NCBI RefSeq assembly: GCF_006345805.1
Contig: NC_043012.1
Span: 36,022,001 to 36,086,000 of the forward strand
DNA from: Octopus sinensis
Taxonomy: Eukaryota
DNA length: 64,000 bases
Direction of reading: 5' to 3'
This document shows, piece after piece, positions 13,348 through 25,114 of the stretch. The notes below the pieces were generated by a model, which was not told where the DNA came from, searched no databases, and saw only the letters and a list, made by a program, of their open reading frames with translations. A program made the translations under genes and the position numbers. The first letter of the stretch is position 1, and each line of letters begins with the position of its first letter.

Positions 13348-14132
13348 TAGATATACATATATATATACATACATATATATGCTTTGAATATATTTCTTTT
13401 GTTGTTTGTTTTTTAAATCCTCCTGTTGCCTTTCTTAGAAAGCTTAACCATTGGGTTTCTCCATTCAGTCTGTGGTGGCATTAGTGAGAACCCCCCCCCC
13501 CACCGCCATTTTTAAAGTCCATAGTGACACTGTAAACTGAGAACCATTAACGGTGATAGAGCACGATAAGATGAAGGTAATGTTTCATCTCTAATATTAC
13601 CTAAAGTCTGTTTAGAGAGTTCCCCTAACAAGCAGGCTCTGTGGAGATGGTGAGATAACTACTACAAAGTAGCACGGATGCGGTGAAATACAATCCTGGA
13701 TATTACAATGGCAACAAGAGATACATTTCCTCTAACTTGTCTCTTAAAGGACACGTTACTCATGTTGTATCCCATGACAGCCAATGCCATTTCTCTTTGC
13801 TTTATCGCCAACCTACACACACACAAACAAGTGCAACATGTCTTCTCAGAGAATATTTGTTGTTTTTTTGGTTTTTGGCTTTGTCTCGTCACTAAAAGCC
13901 AGTTTTAAAAGGAGTTTCTTTTATTTGATTCGTATGTGTGTTTGTGTACATTTATATTATATATACACTCTCACATCATCTATATATCTATGTTTAGTAG
14001 ATACATGTATGTATATACATACATATGTGTGTGTGAGAGAGAGAGAGATGCAATTAGATAGATATATTGATATACAGTTAGATAGATAATACATATATAT
14101 ATCATAGATATATGTATGTGTGTGTGAGTGTG

Positions 14133-14163
<31 letters not shown>

Positions 14164-14281
14164 TTGTGTGTATGTGGTGGCGTGTGGCTTAGTGGTTAGG
14201 ATGTTGGACTCATGATCATAAGATTGTGGTTTCTATTCCTGGACCGGGCGACAAGTTGTGTTCTTGAGCAAAACACTTCAG

Positions 14282-14476
14282 TGTCACGTGACAACTTGCT
14301 GTGGCTGCCTGCTGGAGCCTAGCAGCAGGTATTTAAAGGGAAAATATTTGACAAGTCAGTTTGTCGCCGGCTGACACTCGTTGACGCTACACTGAAGAGG
14401 CCAGGGAACAGAAGAAAGAAGACATGCACCCAACACCAGAACTGAAGACACCTCTAAAAGGGGGGACCCTGCCACA
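14282..14476. mobile_element. Candidate solo LTR (195 bp)
   Basis: Begins TGTCAC and ends GCCACA (TGT...ACA), with an internal TATTTAAA. It truncates a SINE head. The flanks TCAG/TCAA are only an imperfect TSD. Confidence 0.4.
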
Positions 14477-14711
14477 TCAAAGTGGTAGGAGAGTAGGAGC
14501 CAAAACCGGATGTGGTTCCTCTTGATGATGCTTGAGGTAATTGGATCCTATGAAGGAGCTGTTGTGGTAGCAGACCACAAAACACGGTTGTAATTCCCCA
14601 CTCCTCTCAACTGGCAAACAAGAGTAATCCTTTGACAGACCAGCATCTTGTCCAGGTGGAGAATTTATACACCACTGAAGCCAGGAAACCGGCCGTTATG
14701 GGCCTGACATA

Positions 14712-15548
14712 CCAGAATCAAAGGGCCTTAGAGTTAACCTAGTAAGTAGGAAGGCAGACAAATCACAAATCCCTTCAGGTAGATGGCCATGCTCGATCTG
14801 TTGAAAAGGCATAGATAGAAACTCTATAAGATGGAACTGGTGTAAGCTTTGGACACATAAAAGGTGCAGCAATATCAGAGGAAGTTTGACAGGGAAAATA
14901 GCTTTTGTACGTGGAAGGTGCACAGGTGCCAGAAACATTAAAAATGGGCAGAAAATAGACTCCATTAACTGCCAGGGGGTTAAGCTAGAGGTAGTAGCTA
15001 GCTTCCATTATCTAGGTGAACAAATTAGTAGCAGAGGTGGATGCGCCAAGAACGTAGCTGTGAGAATAAGATTAGGATGGGCAAAGTTCAGAGAGCTCCT
15101 ACCTCTGCTGGCAACAAAGGGCCTCTCCCTCAGAGTGAAAGGCAGATTGTATGATGTCTGTGTGCAAACAGCCATGCTACATGGCAGTGAAACATGGGCT
15201 GCGACTGCTGAGGACATGTGCAGGCTTGGAAGAAATGAAGCCAGTATGCTTCACTTGATGTGCAATGTCAGTGTGCATGTATGACAGAGTGTAAGCATCT
15301 TGAGAGAAAAGTTGGGCATAAGAGGCATCAGATGTGGTGTGCAAGAGAGATGACTTCTCTGCTATGGTCATGTGATGCATATGAATGAGAACAGTTGGGT
15401 AAAGAAGTGCCAATCTCTAACTGTGGAGGGAATCTGTGGTAGAAGTAGACTCAAGAAGAAAAGGCACAAGGTGGTGGAGCATGATCTCCAAATTTTGAAC
15501 CTCACAGAGGCAATGACTTTGGTGATATGCTGTGCTTGAGAAGACCCG
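14712..15548 (+). mobile_element. RTE LINE fragment (C-terminal ORF part), older copy
   Basis: ESKGLRVNL..GRWPCSIC..KLWTHKRC..LEVVASFHYLG..RIRLGWAKFRELLPLL..KGRLYDVCVQTAMLHGSETW. Homologous to 17270-18125, with in-frame stops. Confidence 0.9.
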
Positions 15549-15550
15549 TC

Positions 15551-15582
<32 letters not shown>

Positions 15583-15852
15583 ATATGCTTGTGTGTCTGT
15601 GTTTGTCCCCCACCCCTGATGCTGGTGTCATGTAACTGGGACCTGTGCTGGTGGCACATAAAGAGCCTCTTTCAAGTGTTAGGCCTCACAGAGGTAAAGT
15701 GGCTGAGTTTATTTCAAGTGTTGGGTTTGGCAGAGGCAAAAACCAAGACTTTTGGTGGGGGTGGTGATGATGATGATGATTTATTTATATATATATATGT
15801 GTGTGTGTATATATATATAGACAAATACATATGTATATGTTTGTATGTGTAT

Positions 15853-15905
<53 letters not shown>

Positions 15906-15906
<1 letters not shown>

Positions 15907-16208
15907 TCACCGTGACCGACCAGGCTGTCAGATGTTGCTACACATCGCTGGTCACAATGCGCTTTGCATTGTTTTAGCCTTCAAGTGACGCCACCCTGCT
16001 GGCTAGCGAGCAGGCCAAAGAAGAAAGAGTGAGAGAAAGTTGTGGCAAAAGGGTACAGTAGGGTTCGCCACCCACCCCCCTGCCGAGCCTCGTGGAGCTT
16101 TAGGTGTTTTTGCTCAATAAACACTCCACAACGCCCGGTCTGGGAATCGAAACCACGATCCTACGACCGCGAGTCCGCTGCCCTAACCACTGGGCCATTG
16201 CGCCTCCA
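15906..16208 (-). mobile_element. tRNA-derived SINE family D, young
   Basis: On the - strand: ggaggcgcaa-tggcccagtgg (A box)...ggtttcgattcc (B box), inserted in (TA)n. 3' parts recur at 43908-44032(+) and about 20380-20620(-). Confidence 0.8.
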
Positions 16209-16261
16209 TATATATGTATATATATGTATATATATATATGTATATATATATATATTATATA

Positions 16262-16310
<49 letters not shown>

Positions 16311-16435
16311 ATCATATATATATATATATATGTGTGTATCTATATATATATATATATGTATCTATATATATATATGTATCTATATCTATATATATATGTA
16401 TTTATATATTATTTATATGTATATATATTTATATG

Positions 16436-16490
<55 letters not shown>

Positions 16491-16520
16491 ATAAATGTTA
16501 TAATATATATATATACATAT

Positions 16521-19002
16521 GAAAAGCATGAAAACAGGGAAAGCCCCAGGCCCATCAGGAATTACTGCAGAGATGCTCAAAATATCTGGTAGTGTCGGCT
16601 ATAGCCTAGTCACCCGTATAGTTAACCAGGTGATACACGAAGGAGTCATTCCCAATGACTGGTGTAGCAGCATAATAGTCAGCTGCTACAAAGGTAAAGG
16701 TGACGCCCTAGATACAAATAGCTACAGGGGTATCAAGCTGCTGGATCAGGTAATGAAGGTTATGGAGAGGGTTATAGCCCAACTAATTAGAGAGAGAGTT
16801 AGCCTAGATCAGATGCAGTTTGTGTTCGTGCCAGGGAAAAGTACTACTGATGCTATTTTCATGGTAAGACAGCTGCAAGAGAAATACCTAGCCAAAGACA
16901 AGCCCCTATACCTGGCTTTTGTTGATATGGAGAAAGCCTTCGACAGGGTCCCCCGATCCCTCATCTGGTGGTCAATGAGGAAACTAGGGATAGATGAATG
17001 GTTAGTGAAAGCTGTACAAGCCATGTACAGAGACGCTGCTAGTAAGGTGAGGGTTGGCACCGAGTACAGTGAAGAATTCAGGGTAGAGGTTGGGGTCCAG
17101 CAAGGTTCAGTACTCAGCCCCCTCCTATTTATCATAGTCCTCCAGGCAATAATGGAGGAATTCAAGACAGGATGCCCCTGGGAGCTCCTCTATGCTGATG
17201 ACCTTGCTCTCATTGCTGAGTCTCTATCAGAACTAGAGGAGAAGTTTCAGGTATGGAAACAAGGTTTAGAATCGAAGGGCCTTAGAATCAACCTAGCCAA
17301 AACCAAAGTCCTAATAAGTAGGAAGGTAGACCAATCACAAACGCCTTCAGTAGATGGCCCTGCCTGCTCGATCTGTAGAAAAGGTGTAGGTAGAAACTCT
17401 ATAAGATGCACCAGTGTAAGCTATGGACACATAAGAGGTGCAGCAATGTCAAAGGAAGGCTAACTAGGAGATGGTTTTGTGTATGTGGCAGATGCTCAGG
17501 ACAATTACACTGAAGATGCTCTGAGACCAACTTCCGTCACTTTCCAGGAAAAGCTAGAGTAGTTGATAGTTCCGTTACCTAGGTGACCAAGTCAGTAGCG
17601 GGGGCGGGGTGTGCGCGGAGAGTAACTGCTAGAGTAAAATAGCCTGGGCAAAGTTTAGAGAGCTCTTACCTCTGCTGGTGACAAAAGGCCTCGCTCAAAG
17701 TAAAAGGCAGACTGTATGATGCATGTGTACGTACAGCCATGCTACATGGTAGTGAAACTTGGGCTGTGACTGCTGAGGATTTGCGTAAGCTCGCAAGAAA
17801 TGAAGCTAGTATGCTCCGATGGATGTGTAACGTCAGTGTTCATAATCGACAGAGTGTAAGTACCTTGAGAGAAAAGTTGAACCTAAGAAGTATCAGTTGT
17901 TGTGTGCAAGAGAGACGTATGCGCTGGATGGTCATGTGATGAGAATGGCTGAAGATAGTTGTGTGCGAAAGTGCACACCCTGGCAGTTGAGGGGACCTGT
18001 GGAAGAGGTAGACCCAGGAAAACCTGGGTCGAGGCGGTGAAGCACGACCTTCGAACTTTAGGTCTCACCAAGGAATGACCAGTGACCGAGACCTTTGGAG
18101 GTATGCTGTGGCGTGAGAAAACCCGCCAAGACCAGTGAGAACAGTCAAAATCAAGATCAAACCAAATTGAGGTCGATCAACATCAGGGCCCCCGTGCAGG
18201 TGACACGTAAAAGTACCATCCGTTCGTAGCCGTTCTCCAGCCCTGTCTGGCCCCCATGTAGGTGGCACGTAAAAGCACCATCCGTTCGTGTTCGTTGCCA
18301 GCCTGGCCTGGCCCCCGTGCCGGTGACACGTAAAAGCACCATCCGTTTGTGGCCGTTTGCCAGCTCTGTCTGGCCCCCGTGCCGGTGACACGTAAAAGCA
18401 CCATCCGTTCGTGGCCGTTTGCCAGCCCTGTCTGGCCCCCATGTCGGTGACATGTAAAAGCACCATCCGTTCGTGTCCGTTGCCAGCCTTGCCTGGCCCC
18501 CGTGCCGGTGACACGTAAAAGCACCATCCGTTCGTGGCCGTTTGCCAGCCCTGTCTGGCCCCCATGTCGGTGGCATGTAAAAGCACCATCCGTTCGTGCC
18601 CGTTGCCAGCCTCGCCTGGCCCCCGTGCCGGTGACACGTAAAAGCACCATCCGTTTCGTGGCCATTTGCCAGCTCTGTCTGGCCCCCATGTTGGTGGCAC
18701 GTAAAAGCACCATCCGTTCGTGTCCGTTGCCAGCCTCGCCTGGCCCCCGTGCCGGTGACACGTAAAAGCACCATCCGTTCGTGGCCGTTTGCCAGCTCTG
18801 TCTGGCACCTGTGCAGGTGGCACGTAAAAAGCACCCACTACACTCACGGAGTGGTTGGCGTTAGGAAGGGCATCCAGCCGTAGAAACACTGCCAGATCTG
18901 ACTGGGCCTGATGAAGCCTTCCAGCTTCACAGACCCCAGTTGAACCGTCCAACCCATGCTAGCATGGAGAACGGACGCTAAATGATGATGATGATGATGA
19001 TG
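16521..19002 (+). mobile_element. 5'-truncated RTE-clade LINE: RT domain, PHD finger, C-terminus, tandem-repeat 3' UTR and (GAT)n tail
   Basis: KAPGPSG, YRGIKLL, FVDMEKAFD, GVQQGSVLSP, LLYADD, GLRINLAKT, then MLHGSETW and GRGRPRKTW. Frameshifted after about 17410. Possible low-complexity TSD atatacatat at 16511-16520 and 19003-19012. Confidence 0.95.
18187..18834 (+). repeat. Tandem array of 61-63-bp units (10 full plus 1 partial) in the RTE 3' UTR
   Basis: Units start at 18187, 18249, 18310, 18372, 18434, 18495, 18557, 18618, 18681, 18742 and 18804. Core ggtg(a/g)cacgtaaaagcaccatccgttcgtg. Confidence 0.95.
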
Positions 19003-20118
19003 ATATACATATATGTATATATATATGTGTGTATGTACACACCTATGTGTGTATGTGTGCAAATTTATTTGTACATGCATTTGTCATTGCATGTTTATCT
19101 CTATCTATTCATCTATATACCCAAGTTTGTCTTTGTGTGTTTGTCAGTCTGTATGTATGTTAGTTGTATCTACATATGTGTGTGTTTGTGTGTGTGTATA
19201 CATATATGCGTTTCACAATGCTTACTTGTCTATGTGCATATCTCTATGTATATACATTTGTATTGTGTTAACATATTGTACAATGTACAATTGTATAATG
19301 TATCATCATCATCATCATCATTAGTTTTTATTATTAGTATTAATCTCATGAGATGCAAAGCAGAAACATATATCGGGACGTGCGTATTGATGTGGACATC
19401 TAATATTCCTGGATCAATATGTTTGATCATGTCAAGTGTATTGATCTATTGATCCATTAACAGGAGACACTGGAAATAAAAAGAGAGACCAACTTCATAG
19501 CAGTTCTTGTTTACGCATGAATGGGTCGGGATAAGTCTGTCAGATCAAACAATCACAACTAGAACTTTGGGAAAACATTGATAAGAACTTATAACGTATC
19601 TGGCATTTCTGGGAAATTTGCAATCAAATACAGATGACTGTCAGAATCCGGTGAATACATAACATTGTGCTCAGGGTACACAGCAGATGCAACCAAGTAA
19701 TCTGATGGATTTAGCTGAATCGTGTATACAAGGGAGGTAACCGCTGTAAAGTTGGTACTTTTCATTTCTAACTTTTCAACTGATGATCCTTCTTCAAAGT
19801 GACAAAACCATGTGTTCCAGATGCCTTCTTTTGTTGTTTGCATCTGTGTTGTGAAGTCTGTATTGTTTTTGATGTCACCGGAATTGAGTTCTTTCACACC
19901 TAACACATGGAAATCTATGAGTGTGCCGTACATTTTAATTGTCATACTCTTGTGAGGAAAACCTCTTTCCAAAAGGTTCATTACATTCTATTTTCCAAAT
20001 AAAACTTTACAAATAGTTAACTTTTAAGAAAATCTTTCTTTAAATTTTGTGACTGTATCAAGTATTTTTTGCAATAACTTGTGTGTGTGTGTGCAGATCA
20101 TGGTATCATGGTATTGAC

Positions 20119-20351
20119 AAGGCGGTGAGCTGGCAGAAACGTTAGCGCGCCGGGTGAAATGCTTAGCGGTATTTCATCTGCCGCTACATTCTGAGTTCAA
20201 ATTCCGCCAAGGTCGACTTTGCCTTTCATCCTTTCGGGGTCGATTAAATAAGTACCAGTTATGCACTGGGGTCGATGTAATCGACTTAATCCGTTTGTCT
20301 GTCCTTGTTTGTCCCCTCTGTGTTTAGTCCCTTGTGGGTAGTAAAGAAATA
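20119..20351 (+). mobile_element. SINE family B, young long-tail copy with a 17-bp TSD
   Basis: TSD ggtatcatggtattgac at 20102-20118 and 20352-20368. B box gagttcaaattcc; ends gtaaagaaata. Confidence 0.93.
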
Positions 20352-20657
20352 GGTATCATGGTATTGACCAACAATTGGACAGTCACAATGCACTTCACGT
20401 CATTTTAGCTTTCAAGTCATGTTCCCACCCCACTGGTTAGCAGGTGAACAGGCCAACATTCCCCCTGATCAGAAGGTTATCCCATTGCAGGGGCACCTAT
20501 TTACAGCTGAGTGGACTGGGGCAACAGGAAATGAAGTGTTTTGCTCAACACCACATTGCACTGCCTGGGTCAGTAATCAAGCACTCAATCTAGGGATTAT
20601 GAGCGCAACACCTTAAGCACTCGGCCAGGTACCTTAACTTACACATACACACTTGCA

Positions 20658-20699
<42 letters not shown>

Positions 20700-20702
20700 C
20701 AT

Positions 20703-20750
<48 letters not shown>

Positions 20751-20905
20751 GATAGGCTTCTTTCAATTTCCACTGACAAAATTGACTCACAAGGCTTTGG
20801 ATGACCCAGGTCTATAGACGAAGACACTTGCCCAAGGAAATCATGCAGTGAAACTGAACCCAGAATCATATGGTTGAGTAGCATACTTCTTACCACAGCC
20901 ATGCA

Positions 20906-20938
<33 letters not shown>

Positions 20939-21325
20939 ATGTATGCAGTGTATATATACATACATATATATGTGTGTGTGTGTGTGTGCATATGTATATA
21001 TATTTATATATTTAGTTATATATTTATGTATGTATGCATATATACATATATACATGTGTGTGTGTGTGTGTGTAAGTGCTGGTGGCTGTGAACTTACAAG
21101 TTGAGATAATGGAATAATTTAAGCTTCAAATAAATACACAAATATATGTATGCTTAGATGTCTGTGCATGTGTATGTGTGTGTATATATATACGTACATA
21201 TATATGTATGTATATATATTATATATATATATATACATATATATGTATGTATATATATATATACATATATATATTATTATATATATATAGATGTATGTAT
21301 GTATATATATATATGTATATGTATG

Positions 21326-21368
<43 letters not shown>

Positions 21369-21402
21369 TATGTATGTATATGTATGTATGTATGTATGTA
21401 TG

Positions 21403-21436
<34 letters not shown>

Positions 21437-21889
21437 ATTTCTATCTGTATCTATCTATATATAATATAGACATATTATGACTGTATGTGATTACAATGAA
21501 TAATGTCTCCTAAGTGGGTTCTTGCAGGTCGCCTGAATCTCCAGTGTTTGTGTTAATGCGACAAACAAAGAACTCCCGCCCACCTAAAGCCCACCCCTAA
21601 CTCGTTCCTTACCATTTGGCTTTCCTGGTTTCACAAGATTTCTCAATCAAAATAATTTTAAGTTTTTTTTTTTGCTTTTTTTTTTTTCAATATTTAGTTT
21701 CATGAAATAAAATAATAACAAAAAATAAGAGGGGAAAAAAAAGTAATAAAACAAACTGAAAAGTTCGTTGTTAATTCTTTGTGCTAAGGGTTTGCTTTCT
21801 TTAAACGTTAGTCATTTCAACTGCACTCTGTCTAGGTATGTATATATCTATACATATACATAACTTACAGATATACATGCATACATACC

Positions 21890-21915
21890 TACGTATATAT
21901 ATATAGGTATATATA

Positions 21916-21946
<31 letters not shown>

Positions 21947-22007
21947 TATATTATATATATATATATAATATATATATACATATATATATTTATATAATAT
22001 ATATATA

Positions 22008-22040
<33 letters not shown>

Positions 22041-22079
22041 TATAATATATATATGTATATATATATATGTGTGTGTGTG

Positions 22080-22112
<33 letters not shown>

Positions 22113-22154
22113 CTATATATATATACATATATACGTATGTGTGTATGTATGTAT

Positions 22155-22227
<73 letters not shown>

Positions 22228-22254
22228 CATATATACGTATGTGTGTATGTATGT

Positions 22255-22339
<85 letters not shown>

Positions 22340-22364
22340 TATATAGATATATATATATATATAT

Positions 22365-22397
<33 letters not shown>

Positions 22398-22444
22398 ATA
22401 TATATATAATATATATATATATATATAATATATGTATATATATA

Positions 22445-22493
<49 letters not shown>

Positions 22494-22500
22494 ACGTATG
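21890..22500. repeat. Large compound (TA)n/(TG)n microsatellite
   Basis: Direct reading; representative of dozens of similar tracts across the window. Confidence 0.95.
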
Positions 22501-23026
22501 TGTGTGTATTTATGTATAAGTATAATACACAGCATATCATGTGTGTTTTGGAGGATTACTCAGCAATAAGTATCATTACAAACACTAATGCATATGTACA
22601 TATATGAATATATATATATGTGTATATATATATATATATAGATATATATATAATATATATATATATAATATATATATATATATATACACATATATATATA
22701 TAATGTGTGTGTGAATATGTATGTATTTTTTGTATGCATTTGTAACTCTATGGTCCACATCCGACCACCATGGAAGTTGTATCATAATATATTTGCTTAA
22801 CATGTGTTTATCTAAATGTTTCACTGTTATCTTGTGGCCTTGTATGCGTGTGTATGTATGTGTAGATATGTGTGTGTCTGTATACACACATACATAGTTA
22901 TATGTGTGTGTATTAATATATATATAATCTTTTAGCTATTCTTTTTATATTCTCAATAATGGGCAAGTGTCATGCAAGGCATATATATATATATGTATAT
23001 ATATAGGTATATATATAGAGAGAGAG

Positions 23027-23061
<35 letters not shown>

Positions 23062-23532
23062 TATATATATATATATATGAAGCTTTAGGCCAGAGCTTAT
23101 CAAGGTTTGCTACTGAGACTAAAAGACACTCCCTGAACAGGACACCAGTCTGTCGCAGCATTAACTCCCTTGCTGGGGCTCAATTTCAACTGACTGGACT
23201 AGTGTATCTTGGTGTCTACAATGTGTCACTCAGTTCAACAATCTAACCCATGATCTGAATGTTACTAGTCTAACTACATTATAGTATGTGTGTGTGTGTG
23301 TGTTTGAAAGGGTGGAGAAATACCTTTATGCCAGTAATTGAAGGCTAAAGTATGATAAAAGGACAAGCACTTGTATCTTGCTAGAGAGGAGATACCTGGC
23401 TACTCTCTATTATCTGAGGGTTTGTGAGAGTAATTTCAAGGAAAACAAAGATACCCACACCACATACTTTACGTTTGTAATACTCTAATATGTTGCCACT
23501 CTTTGACACTCTGCATTTTTCTTATTCTTCAG

Positions 23533-23658
23533 ATCCTCAATGCAACATCTCCACCAGTTCGCTGCATCAGTCAGCAACCATTCTACGTAAGAAAGCGTTA
23601 CAGTCTGTGGGAGGCAGCATCACCAGCGATTCTTCACCAGAACCGACTTAATCCCAAA
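23533..23658 (+). CDS. Candidate downstream exon ILNATSPPVR...RKRYSLWEAAS...NRLNPK
   Basis: Strong pyrimidine tract catttttcttattcttcag, 126 nt open in phase 0, donor AAA|gtaact. A non-repetitive island among repeats. Confidence 0.5.
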
Positions 23659-23974
23659 GTAACTATCACCCTCTCTTCATACAAACTTATCTTTAAGCCT
23701 CACAGACTCCATATTAATTCCTCGTAATCCCAACCCAATAACAGTAATTCTACCATTTTCAAATTCTTTATCTCAATTCCAATTTTGATGAAATCTCCTG
23801 GACCTTCTCATCAGTTTAACCAATGAGGGTGCAGCAAGACACAGCTACAAAATGACCATCGCATTAAAGCCATCTGTTTGCATGGTGAAAACAGAAGACT
23901 GCCAGTTGCATCCCTTATTTGTGCCGTCTCTGTCCCTATCACCGCTGGACCTAATAAAGAAAGTGTCCTGGGGC

Positions 23975-24192
23975 CGGCTGAACAAACACAGACACACAAA
24001 TACATACATACATGCATGTATATACACGACAGGTTTCTTTCAGTTTCCATCTACCAAATCCACTCACAACTCTTTGGTTAGCCTGTGGCTATAGAATAAG
24101 ACACTTACCCAAGGTGCCACACAGTGGGACTGAATCCAGAACCATGTGGTTGGAAAGCAAGCTTCTTACCACACAGCCACTCCTGCACCTAT
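23975..24192 (-). mobile_element. SINE A 5' half
   Basis: Matches about 9745-9965. Further partial copies at about 20750-20905(-) and 33943-34035(-). Confidence 0.85.
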
Positions 24193-24197
24193 ATTTT

Positions 24198-24376
24198 TGG
24201 CATGTAAAAAGCACCCACTACACTCACGGAGTGGTTGGCGTTAGGAAGGGCATCCAGCTGTAGAAACACTGCCAGATCATACTGGGCCTGGTGCAGCCTC
24301 CTGGCTTCCCAGACCCTGGTCGAACCGTCCAACCCATGCCAGCATGGAAAGTGGACGTTAAATGATGATGATGATG
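24198..24376 (+). mobile_element. RTE LINE 3' end fragment
   Basis: ggcatgtaaaaagcacccactacactcacggagtggttggcgttaggaagggcatccagc...(GAT)n, as at 18820-19000. Confidence 0.9.
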
Positions 24377-24613
24377 AATGCTATTAGGAATTGTATGAAA
24401 ACAAAATATTTTGTGTATTCTAGAAATATAAGCAATTTATTGCAGACATATTTTAACGATAAAAACTTGTGACCCAACCCCCCTTGGAGCAGATGGACCC
24501 TGGGTGAGAACCCCTGCCCTAGATACTATTCTCTGACTCTGAAAATTCTAAGACTGTATGTCATAAATGCAAATAATGTTTTTTTTTTTTTTTTCTTTTT
24601 GCCTTCTTTTCAG

Positions 24614-24726
24614 AGTTCCATTCCATGGTATCTAACAACTGATTCCTACCATTGTACCATTCACATGTGTGAGGTCTGTCCACTGGACACAGATGACAGA
24701 CACAGTTTAGGGACTTTTCATTACAG
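24614..24726 (+). CDS. Candidate penultimate exon SSIPWYLTTDSYHCTIHMCEVCPLDTDDRHSLGTFHY
   Basis: Very long poly-T acceptor ending cttttcag, donor CAG|gtacgt. Open in phase 0, exits in phase 2. Confidence 0.55.
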
Positions 24727-25069
24727 GTACGTGTCTGTCTGCTCTCATCGTTTGTACCAGTAATATATTGGTGTCCCATGTGTTCGAGGGTAGCATCTAC
24801 CTCTCCCTTGTACAGCTGTTTTGCTGCCACCTGGTTGGCATCATTGATTTGACACTCACTTATTTGACACCAGTTTATTTAATGCTTCTCTTATTCTCTC
24901 TCTCTCTCTTTCTTTGTGTATGTGTGTGAGGGAAGGAATAATGTTTATGCCAGTTGTGTTCAATTAATAAACTGTAATATCTCTTTCTCTCTTCCTTCCT
25001 CTGTGTGTGTGGTGTGTGTGTGTGTGTGTGCAAATATCTAGACATTATGTTTGTTTGTACTTGCAATGT

Positions 25070-25114
<45 letters not shown>

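Noticed and set aside
16519-16521. ATG as a true start of the RT ORF
   Set aside because: It straddles the (TA)-rich flank or TSD of a 5'-truncated element, and the endonuclease domain is missing.
18187-18834. CRISPR-like regular repeat array
   Set aside because: Units repeat over their whole length with no unique spacers, there are no cas genes, and the array sits in a eukaryotic LINE 3' UTR.
18065-18952. Long - strand ORFs (295, 225 and 192 aa)
   Set aside because: They are open only because they translate the GC-rich tandem array.
21525-21840. Possible alternative exon or promoter (CCCGCCC box, ttgcag acceptor, TAG|gtatgt donor)
   Set aside because: The frames checked stop early and signals on the two strands conflict; it cannot be supported without transcript data.
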